Source: an uncultured Thermodesulfobacteriota bacterium
Lineage (GTDB): Bacteria; Desulfobacterota; WTBG01; CAIYCZ01; CAIRTM01
Direction: 5' to 3'
NCBI GenBank assembly: GCA_964400575.1
Contig: CAYNVA010000379.1
Coordinates: 1 to 51,700, forward strand
Length of the DNA stretch: 51,700 bases
Positions within the stretch are counted from its first letter, which is position 1; each line of letters opens with the position of its first letter. The position numbers and the translations under genes were made by a program. The notes under the pieces are model-generated. The model was not told the DNA's origin, did no database searches, and saw nothing but the letters and a program-made list of their open reading frames with translations. This document shows positions 35,741-42,870 of the stretch, one piece after another.

Positions 35741-38425
35741 ATGACGCAGGATCACAAAAAACCAGGGGACCAGCTTACAGAACATATTGGCTCCATTCGC
35801 GACCGCGTGGCCGAGCTTGAGGCCCGCGACAATCAGCCGCAGATCACGCAGGCGCTGCAGCATGCTGAGCCGGATTACCGCCTTATCGTGCAGAGCGTCA
35901 ACAGCATCATCCTGTGCATGGACATGGACGGCACCGTGCTGTTCATAAACGATTTCGCCCTGGGGTTTTTCGGCTACCGCGCAGACGAGCTGCTCGGGAA
36001 AAACGTTGTCGGCACCATCGTCCCCCAAACCGACACTGCGGGCCGCGATCTCGCAGCCATGATCAGCGACATCGGCAGGCATCCCGAGCAGTACGTCAAA
36101 AATGAAAACGAAAACATCTGCCGCAGCGGCCGCCGTGTCTGGGTGTCCTGGACCAATAAGGCCGTGTATAGCCCCGAGGGCGAGTTGCGGGAGATACTCT
36201 GCGTCGGCAGCGACAGCACGGCCAGGCGCCGGGCGGAAAAAGCTCTTGAACAGCGCACCAGGGAACTTGACGAACGCGTTAAGGAGCTCAACTGCCTGTA
36301 CGATATTTCACGGCTTCTGAACCAGACCGATGCCGGTTTCGATCAGATCATGCAGGCTGTGGCCAGGCTGCTGCCCGGCGGCTTCACGTGGGCAGATATG
36401 GCCTGCGCCAGGGTGACGATAGGCGCCCGGGAATTTGTCTCCGAGCGCTATCAGGAGACCAGCTGGCGGTTTGTGTGCCCCATCGCTGCAGGCGGCATGC
36501 GCCGGGGCTCAATGACGATCAACTACCTGCAGAAAATTTTCCTTGAAGACGGGGAAGAGCTTTTTTCTGTTGAGGAAAAAAACCTCGTCAGCGCCATCGC
36601 AGAGATGGTCGGGCATTTTGTTGCGCGGTGGGAAACAGAGCAGGCTCTCAGTGAAAGCGAGCTTAAATATAAAACCCTTTTTGAAAGCCTGCCGCAAAAA
36701 ATATTTTACAAGGATGCGGCCTCTGTCTACATCTCCTGCAACAGCAAGTATGCCGCCGAACTGGGCATAACCCCGGATGCCATAACAGGCAAGACCGACC
36801 ATGATTTTTACCCTGAAGACCTGGCCGATAAGTACCGGCAGGACGACCGCCGCATTATCGAAACGGGCAATATGCTCGACATGGAAGAAACCAGCATGCG
36901 CGACGGCCGGGAGATCGACATTCATACCATTAAAACGCCGGTCTGCGACGAAAGCGGCAGGCGCATCGGCATACTGGGCATTTTCCGGGACATCACCGAG
37001 CGCAAGCGCATGGAGCGTGAAAAGCTGCTCATTGAATCGACCCTTCAGTGCAATCAGGCTGAGCTCAGTCAAAAAAACGAAATCAGCGAATTGCTGCTGA
37101 GCACCCGCGATCTGCATGAAATACTGCATATGATTCTTATTGCCGCCACAGCCAATATCGCCCTGGGCTTCAACCGTGCATTTCTTTTTCTCATGAAAGA
37201 AGATGAAAATTTTTTGCAGGGCATGGTAGCCACCGGCGCTCTTACCCTTGATGAGGCCTACGAGACCTGGGGGCGCATGGCTCAGGAGCCCCAAACACTT
37301 ACCGAGCTTTTTCAATCCCACAAACGTGATATCTCCGACCATGATGCAGCCATCACGAGCCTTGTGCGGCAGATAAAAATTCCGCTCACCGCCCAGGACA
37401 GCATCTTCACCCGTGCCGTGTTCCGGCAGCAGTCATTCAATATGCTGCACACCGGCGACCTGTGCGTATTTGACCGCAGCGTGCTCGGGTGCCTGGGGGG
37501 CGTGCCGTTCGTACTTGTGCCGCTCATCTCCCGCGGCCGCACACTGGGCGTGCTCATCGCCGATAATTTCGTCACAGGCAAAACCATCGGGCAGGATGAT
37601 GTGGTGCGGCTGGGGGCTTTTGCCAATCACGCCAGCCTGGCCATAGAAAACTCACGCCTGTATGAACGCCTGAAAGAAAAAGTCGGTGAGCTCAGCCGGG
37701 CCAACGAAGAGCTGAGCGCCAACCGCGACAAGCTGATACGCTATGAACGGCTGTCGGTGGTTGGCGAAATGGCTGCAAAAATAGCCCATGATATCCGCAA
37801 CCCCATGACCGCCATCGGCGGATTCGCGCGGCGCATGCTTAAAAAAAATATGGGCGACGGCATCAGCGGCAATTACCTGCAGATTATTGTCCAGGAGGTG
37901 GACCGCCTGGAAAAAATACTCGGGGATATTTTAAGCTTCAGCAAGCCTTCTGCACCGCAGTTCAGGGCAACTGACCTTAACCGGCTTATCAGCGAGACCT
38001 ATGCGATGATGGCCCTTGAACTGGAACAGCATCAGGTACAGGTCGTGAAACAATTTGGCCCCGGCGTTCCGTCCATGCTGCTTGACAGGGACCAGATGGA
38101 GCGTGTCCTGATCAACCTGATTAAAAACGCCATCGAGGCCATGCCCGGCGGCGGCACTCTTACCGCAACAACCACCCTGCAGGGACAGTGGGTGCGGATT
38201 GAAACTGCCGATACGGGCCAGGGTATAGCCGACGAGGATATTGACAGAATATTCGAGCCGTTCTTTACCAGCAAAGCCACGGGCTCGGGGCTCGGGCTAA
38301 CGCTTGCAGCGCAGATCATCAGCAGCCACGGCGGCTCCATGGATGTTTTCCGTCATGAACCCTGCGGCACCGCGGTCATTATCCATATGCCGATTCTGAG
38401 ATCTGCCGGGAGAGAGCCTTTGTAA
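35741..38425 (+). CDS. sensor histidine kinase (PAS-PAS-GAF-HisKA-HATPase)
   Basis: Two PAS-like regions, a GAF-like middle region, the H-box AHDIRNPMTAIGG, the N-box NLIKNAIEA, and G-boxes DTGQGI and GSGLGL. Confidence 0.85.
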   Translation: MTQDHKKPGDQLTEHIGSIRDRVAELEARDNQPQITQALQHAEPDYRLIVQSVNSIILCMDMDGTVLFINDFALGFFGYRADELLGKNVVGTIVPQTDTAGRDLAAMISDIGRHPEQYVKNENENICRSGRRVWVSWTNKAVYSPEGELREILCVGSDSTARRRAEKALEQRTRELDERVKELNCLYDISRLLNQTDAGFDQIMQAVARLLPGGFTWADMACARVTIGAREFVSERYQETSWRFVCPIAAGGMRRGSMTINYLQKIFLEDGEELFSVEEKNLVSAIAEMVGHFVARWETEQALSESELKYKTLFESLPQKIFYKDAASVYISCNSKYAAELGITPDAITGKTDHDFYPEDLADKYRQDDRRIIETGNMLDMEETSMRDGREIDIHTIKTPVCDESGRRIGILGIFRDITERKRMEREKLLIESTLQCNQAELSQKNEISELLLSTRDLHEILHMILIAATANIALGFNRAFLFLMKEDENFLQGMVATGALTLDEAYETWGRMAQEPQTLTELFQSHKRDISDHDAAITSLVRQIKIPLTAQDSIFTRAVFRQQSFNMLHTGDLCVFDRSVLGCLGGVPFVLVPLISRGRTLGVLIADNFVTGKTIGQDDVVRLGAFANHASLAIENSRLYERLKEKVGELSRANEELSANRDKLIRYERLSVVGEMAAKIAHDIRNPMTAIGGFARRMLKKNMGDGISGNYLQIIVQEVDRLEKILGDILSFSKPSAPQFRATDLNRLISETYAMMALELEQHQVQVVKQFGPGVPSMLLDRDQMERVLINLIKNAIEAMPGGGTLTATTTLQGQWVRIETADTGQGIADEDIDRIFEPFFTSKATGSGLGLTLAAQIISSHGGSMDVFRHEPCGTAVIIHMPILRSAGREPL

Positions 38426-38592
38426 ATATTCCGGTGCAGAGTGTGGTCCGGCCTGGAATTCCGGGGCCTGCCGGGGCAATTCTCCGGTATTATTTTTCTT
38501 GAAATTTTTTTTTTTTGGATATACACCATAATTATATATCCACAGAGAAAACAAAATCATCCCACCACTAATCACACATAAGGAGAGTTTCT

Positions 38593-38886
38593 ATGGCAGA
38601 CAGAGCAAAACCCATTACCAAGGCGCAGCTGGTTGGCGAGCTGGCCGAAAAAATCGGTGCCACCAAAAAAGATGTGGGCGGCTTTTTTGACACGCTGTCG
38701 GACATTGCCTGCAAGGAAACAAAGAAAAAGGGAGAATTTACATTGCCCGGCTTTGGCAAACTGGTTCTGGCAAAGCGCAAGGCGCGCATCGGCAGAAATC
38801 CCGCCACAGGCGAAGAGATCAAAATTAAGGCCAAAACGGTCGTAAGGTTCCGCGTGGCCAAAGCCTGTAAGGACGCCATCCTTTAG
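38593..38886 (+). CDS. hup: HU/IHF-family DNA-binding protein
   Basis: 97 aa. GFGKLVLAKRKARIGRNPATGEEIKI is the HU beta-arm signature. Confidence 0.9.
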   Translation: MADRAKPITKAQLVGELAEKIGATKKDVGGFFDTLSDIACKETKKKGEFTLPGFGKLVLAKRKARIGRNPATGEEIKIKAKTVVRFRVAKACKDAIL

Positions 38887-38917
38887 CCCGAAAAATAACG
38901 GGCTGACCGAGGCACAA

Positions 38918-38956
38918 TAAAAAAGGCAGCGCCGGTAGAGGCGCTGCCTTTTTTTA
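38918..38956. terminator. bidirectional rho-independent terminator (hup and K/A-rich gene A)
   Basis: An A-run, then ggcagcgcc-ggtaga-ggcgctgcc, then a T-run. Confidence 0.75.
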
Positions 38957-38969
38957 TGAAAAAATACTT

Positions 38970-39074
38970 TTACTTTTTCTTTGTTGCGCAGCCGGCTTTT
39001 TTAGCTGTGCAGCATGCTGCTTTCTTTTTTGGTGCTGCCTTTTTAGCTGGTGCTGCCTTTTTTGTTGCCGCCAT
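38970..39074 (-). CDS. 34 aa Lys/Ala/Pro-rich basic peptide (histone H1 tail-like), copy A
   Basis: My translation is MAATKKAAPAKKAAPKKKAACCTAKKAGCATKKK-stop. AGGAGG lies 5 nt upstream and a terminator lies downstream. It is below the ORF-track length cutoff. Confidence 0.65.
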   Translation of the reverse strand: MAATKKAAPAKKAAPKKKAACCTAKKAGCATKKK

Positions 39075-39180
39075 CATATCCTCCTATAAGGGTTAGTGGT
39101 GTTGTTTGCCCGACCTTTGTCAGGGATGTAAAGAAGAATCATTGATGCTCTACGGTCTTCTGTTGTTTTCTGCTGTATTC

Positions 39181-39218
39181 AAAAAAGGCAGGGTCGTTTG
39201 AACGACCCTGCCTTTTTT
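39181..39218. terminator. rho-independent terminator after K/A-rich gene B
   Basis: aaaaaa-ggcagggtcg-tttgaa-cgaccctgcc-tttttt. Confidence 0.7.
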
Positions 39219-39236
39219 GTTAAAAACAAGAGGCGG

Positions 39237-39341
39237 TTATTTTTTCTTCGGTGCTGCTTTTTTCTTCGGTGCTGCTTTTTTCGCTGCTGCCTTCTTCGGT
39301 GCTGCTTTCTTTTTTGGTGCTGCTTTCTTTGGTGTCGCCAT
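39237..39341 (-). CDS. 34 aa Lys/Ala/Pro-rich basic peptide (histone H1 tail-like), copy B
   Basis: My translation is MATPKKAAPKKKAAPKKAAAKKAAPKKKAAPKKK-stop. AGGAG lies 6 nt upstream. The leader is conserved with copy A. Confidence 0.65.
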   Translation of the reverse strand: MATPKKAAPKKKAAPKKAAAKKAAPKKKAAPKKK

Positions 39342-39446
39342 CGTATTCTCCTATAAGTTTGGTGGTGTTTTTTGTTTTGCTATTGTCAGCTATATGAAGA
39401 AGAATGCCTGATGCTCTACGGCCTTCTGTTGTTTTCAGAATTTTTC

Positions 39447-39485
39447 AAAAAAGGCAGGATCGTTCAGACGACCCTGCCTTCTTTG
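39447..39485. terminator. rho-independent terminator-like hairpin after K/A-rich unit C
   Basis: aaaaaaggcaggatcg-ttcaga-cgaccctgcctt, followed by ctttg. Confidence 0.55.
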
Positions 39486-39502
39486 TAAAAAAACAGATTC
39501 AG

Positions 39503-39577
39503 TTATTTCTTCTTAGCTGCCTTTTTCGGTGCAGCCTTCTTGGTTGCCTTCTTTGCAGGAGCTTTCTTAGTTGCGAT
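39503..39577 (-). pseudogene. third K/A-rich unit with ATC in place of the ATG (degenerate copy or non-canonical start)
   Basis: The frame reads (I)ATKKAPAKKATKKAAPKKAAKKK-stop. The position aligned with the ATG of A and B is ATC, and the RBS is weakened (aggaaagggg). Confidence 0.35.
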
Positions 39578-39865
39578 CGTTTTCCCCTTTCCTATTGATT
39601 TGGGTTTTGGTGGTTTTCCTCCGGATTGCCGGAGGTGTAAAAAAAGGGAGAATGCCTGTATTTTTATAACACTGTCAAAGATCTTCCTTTTATAGTTCTA
39701 TTCGGCTGCTTTTTGCGTAACTTTACAACAAAATGACGGAGAAGCAAATAAAAAAATCGCATTAAACGAAAAAAAATTCAAAACCCCCTGCTTCATGGTG
39801 AAAAAAAGCAAAACAAAACCCCCTTTTTTGGGCAAAAAGGGGGTTTTTCAAGGTATTTGAGAAAG

Positions 39866-40720
39866 TTACTTTTTCTTCTTGAGTTCTTCCTCAACCATTT
39901 GCGAGAAAACCTCTATTGACCGGCCTTTTGGGGCAATACCGTTGATATATATTGTCGGCACAGCCCGGACTCGCGCCTGTCGGCTCGCCTGCAGGTCCTG
40001 CTGCATGATGTCCTTCACCGTGGCCCCCGCTATATCTTTCTCGAACTTCTGCATATCCGCGCCCGCAGCCTGCACATGCTTGCGGATTGTTTCGTCGTTG
40101 AGCGTGCTGAAGTTGGTGAAAAAAAGTTCGGTAACCTTTTCATACTTATTCTGCTGGGCAGCGGCAAGCGCTGCAAGAGAGGCCTTCTCAGCAAATTTAT
40201 GCATGGGAAGGGGGTAGTGCTTGATCACAAGCCTCACATCATTGGGATATTTTTTCAGCAGCTCCTGCAGCAGGGGATATATCTTGGCGCAGTAGGGGCA
40301 CTGATAATCAACGAATGCCGTCACCGTCACCGGTGCCTTCATAGCGCCGATAACGGGTGATTTGCCGACTTCTATAGTGTTAATCAAAGCATATTGAATG
40401 ACCGCAATTTGTGGCGCATCCTGAGCCGTGAGATAGAAGGTCGATTCATCGGGAGACAGGGCAATACGGGAATAGGCTTTCGTCAGCGGGATACTGTCAG
40501 TTACTTTTGCTTCCGGCACCGAATAGACCATGATGCTTTTCTTGCCCAGAATATATACCGTTGAGCCGTCACGGGATAGTGTGATATCCTTGGCAATGTC
40601 TTCAATCTGAATGTCCTTGAGCATGTCAAACTTGATCTTGGCATCTGCCCGCGGGGCAGTAGAGACTATCGCGCACAGAGCGCACAGAATCGCACACAGG
40701 AACCGGATTTGTTTTTTCAT
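39866..40720 (-). CDS. periplasmic DsbA-family thiol:disulfide oxidoreductase with N-terminal beta-repeat region
   Basis: Signal peptide, CPYC active site and AAGGAG RBS. Confidence 0.7.
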   Translation of the reverse strand: MKKQIRFLCAILCALCAIVSTAPRADAKIKFDMLKDIQIEDIAKDITLSRDGSTVYILGKKSIMVYSVPEAKVTDSIPLTKAYSRIALSPDESTFYLTAQDAPQIAVIQYALINTIEVGKSPVIGAMKAPVTVTAFVDYQCPYCAKIYPLLQELLKKYPNDVRLVIKHYPLPMHKFAEKASLAALAAAQQNKYEKVTELFFTNFSTLNDETIRKHVQAAGADMQKFEKDIAGATVKDIMQQDLQASRQARVRAVPTIYINGIAPKGRSIEVFSQMVEEELKKKK

Positions 40721-40805
40721 GAACGCTTTCTCCTTAATAATGGTTATTACAATAACTGCCTGTACTGATAATTAAATGATTTTGTCGACCAAAGCAAGTG
40801 TTATC

Positions 40806-41750
40806 ATGCGCTGTTGTGCGGTACTGGTGCTGCTGGTATGCGGCGCAGGGTATGCCGACTGCGCTCCGCCAGTGAAGCCATTGCGCAATCAGCGGGAGCA
40901 TTACCCGCATGTCATTCGCATGGATGAACTGCTGGCTCATGCCCAGAATATGGCCCCTGCAGGCGTCAGCCGGCGGCATGATACATCCGGGCCGCTGCCC
41001 GACTATCTTGAGGCTCTGCTTGCCGACGGCAGGCTTTCAATCGGCCTTGGCATCGGCACGGAAGACCTCGGGTCAGTACGGGTGCCTGCTCAGCATGAAC
41101 AGCGAACCATCAGGCGGCAGATGCGCATCTGCGGCAGGCCAGTGCTTGTGGAAGCCCGGCTCATCCTGACGCGGGAAGAATTCAAGCAGGGGCTTGCGGA
41201 GTGCGAAATTCTTTTCGTTACGTCACATTCACGCTTCGGCGCAGGCCCCGTTTTCCTGCTCGACGGCAAGGCATACCCCTTTCAGATGCAGACAACGCCG
41301 GGCTACGAAATTATCATGCCCGATGATGAAATCTGCGGCTATCCGGGCAGGGTAAAAAGGCGATTTTACAATAAAGGCAAAAACAAAAGCTACACGGTGT
41401 TTGAGCCTGACGGCTCCGATCTTGATACAGCACGGCCCCTGCACGCCTATCAGCTGCTGGTGCTTTCAACCTGCACGAGCCTGAAGCATTTCCGTGACGA
41501 GATACAATCTTTTCGCTCCATCTACCCCACCACCGCCATTTTTACCACGCGGGCAGCCTGCATGGACACGGGCATGAACATTTTCATGCGCATGCTTGCG
41601 GCAATCTTCCAGGCCCGCCCGCTTCCCGACATTGTGTCGGCCATGAATCAGGAGTACCTGGATGTTGCCGCCCGGCAGGTGCGCAAAGGGTCTGCCTCAT
41701 GGAAGGCAGTTGAGAAAATGTATACCCTGGGGATACATACATTGCCGTAG
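40806..41750 (+). CDS. exported hypothetical protein
   Basis: The internal ATG 40806 gives MRCCAVLVLLVCGAGYADC, a signal or lipoprotein-like N-terminus. No family recognised. Confidence 0.5.
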   Translation: MRCCAVLVLLVCGAGYADCAPPVKPLRNQREHYPHVIRMDELLAHAQNMAPAGVSRRHDTSGPLPDYLEALLADGRLSIGLGIGTEDLGSVRVPAQHEQRTIRRQMRICGRPVLVEARLILTREEFKQGLAECEILFVTSHSRFGAGPVFLLDGKAYPFQMQTTPGYEIIMPDDEICGYPGRVKRRFYNKGKNKSYTVFEPDGSDLDTARPLHAYQLLVLSTCTSLKHFRDEIQSFRSIYPTTAIFTTRAACMDTGMNIFMRMLAAIFQARPLPDIVSAMNQEYLDVAARQVRKGSASWKAVEKMYTLGIHTLP

Positions 41751-41757
41751 GCATTAA

Positions 41758-41890
41758 CTGATAGGAACTTGCTACGGGATGGGTTGAATATAAGAACGAG
41801 GGCGATTGTGTGTCAAGATTAATGTCGGCGCAAGATATGGGATGAGGTTTTTGGGGCGGCCTGCGATGAGGTGTTATGTCAACCGGCAAA
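41758..41890 (-). repeat. promoter-bearing interspersed repeat, copy 3
   Basis: ctgataggaacttgctacgggatggg...gattgtgtgtcaa core. Relative to copy 5 it has an internal deletion of about 45 bp. Confidence 0.8.
41787..41816 (-). promoter_or_regulatory. sigma70-type promoter inside repeat copy 3
   Basis: On the minus strand: TTGACA (41816-11), then TTATAT at N17 or TATATT at N18. It points into the convergent gene 40806..41750. Confidence 0.5.
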
Positions 41891-41892
41891 GT

Positions 41893-42183
41893 CTATCTAT
41901 TTTTCCAATAGTTCGGATCGCGGCGCAGATGCATAACCGCCATAATGACGATTCTGCCCGGCTGTTTTCGGAACAGGACACCGAAGGGAAACGTCTTGGT
42001 GAGGCACCGGCAAACGTCAAGCTCGACGATTGGGTACAGGTGGGGGTTTAGGTTGATGCGATTGACTGCGTCCTGAACCGAAGCCAGAAACCGTCTGCCA
42101 AGGCCAGGTTGCTGCCCTTCATAGTATGCCGCAGCCGCTATCATTTCAGATTCGGCATCGGGATGAAACTTTACGGTCTTCAT
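41893..42183 (-). CDS. RelE/ParE-family type II toxin
   Basis: The internal ATG 42183 gives MKTVKFHPDAESEMIAAAAYYE...IMAVMHLRRDPNYW, typical of ParE-like toxins. Confidence 0.75.
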   Translation of the reverse strand: MKTVKFHPDAESEMIAAAAYYEGQQPGLGRRFLASVQDAVNRINLNPHLYPIVELDVCRCLTKTFPFGVLFRKQPGRIVIMAVMHLRRDPNYWKNR

Positions 42184-42410
42184 GCGAGCGCTGCGTATGC
42201 CTTGGCGAAAACGGCTCCGGCAGCGCGAAGCTTTACTGCACCCCGGTCCATCTCCGCACAGCGTCGACGAATTTCCTTCTTCCATTTCACCGACGGAGGG
42301 GGGGCGTCAGGCACATCAAGACTCTCTATCAATTTCTCGGCCACAAACGCCCGCAGCGCCGGAGGAAGTCCCATTGCGTCCGCCATGACCTTTTCTGCTG
42401 TTGGCGCCAT
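42180..42410 (-). CDS. addiction-module antitoxin (putative, TIGR02574-like)
   Basis: 76 aa. There is a 4 nt ATGA overlap with the toxin start, and AAGGAG lies upstream. Confidence 0.6.
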   Translation of the reverse strand: MAPTAEKVMADAMGLPPALRAFVAEKLIESLDVPDAPPPSVKWKKEIRRRCAEMDRGAVKLRAAGAVFAKAYAALA

Positions 42411-42428
42411 AATTTTACTCCTTACTGA

Positions 42429-42559
42429 CTGATAGGAACTGATAGGAACTTGCTACGGGATGGGCAGAATATAGAACGAGGGCGATTGTGTGTCAATCTA
42501 AATATGGACGCAAGATATGGGCAGGGGCGTCCGGGCAAAAAATCCGCGGCGTGATTAAA
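42429..42559 (-). repeat. promoter-bearing interspersed repeat, copy 4
   Basis: It has the same core as the other copies. A terminal 10 bp tandem duplication, ctgataggaa x2, occupies 42429-48. Confidence 0.85.
42468..42496 (-). promoter_or_regulatory. consensus sigma70-type promoter inside repeat copy 4
   Basis: On the minus strand: TTGACA (42496-91), N17, TATATT (42473-68). It lies about 58 nt upstream of the antitoxin ATG. Confidence 0.65.
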
Positions 42560-42704
42560 TATCTTGCAGCTCGGCGGGCGGTTTGATCTTCGGCGGCGGT
42601 CGTTTTTGCATTTCCCACAGCCCCAGGTGCTGCAATATGTGTTTTACTACTTCGGGCTGATCTATGACGCTGATGAACATAGCACGGGCTAACGAATCAA
42701 AAGC
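42555..42704 (-). pseudogene. 3' relic of a transposase gene (C-terminus recalls IS91/Y2-type transposases)
   Basis: My translation is AFDSLARAMFISVIDQPEVVKHILQHLGLWEMQKRPPPKIKPPAELQDI-stop. An upstream in-frame stop is present. The stop codon sits inside the gattaaa end of repeat copy 4. Confidence 0.45.
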
Positions 42705-42870
42705 TCACCTGTGCAACGGCTATAAAAAAAAGAAAAATACTCTAGAGGCAATATGCAATAAATTCAGGCCATGATATTTTCAAGGCTATATCATGCAGTG
42801 TGTACCTTTATTACAAAAGCCTGGCCACTGCATATAGTGACCAGGCTTTTATGTTGCTCCAGTTTCAGGT

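Noticed and set aside
39217-39598. Plus-strand ORFs 39217..39411 (FFGAAFFF...) and 39404..39598.
   Set aside because: They are reverse-complement shadows of the Lys/Ala-rich micro-genes (AAG/AAA/GCA codons read backwards). The minus-strand frames have the RBS, ATG and terminators.
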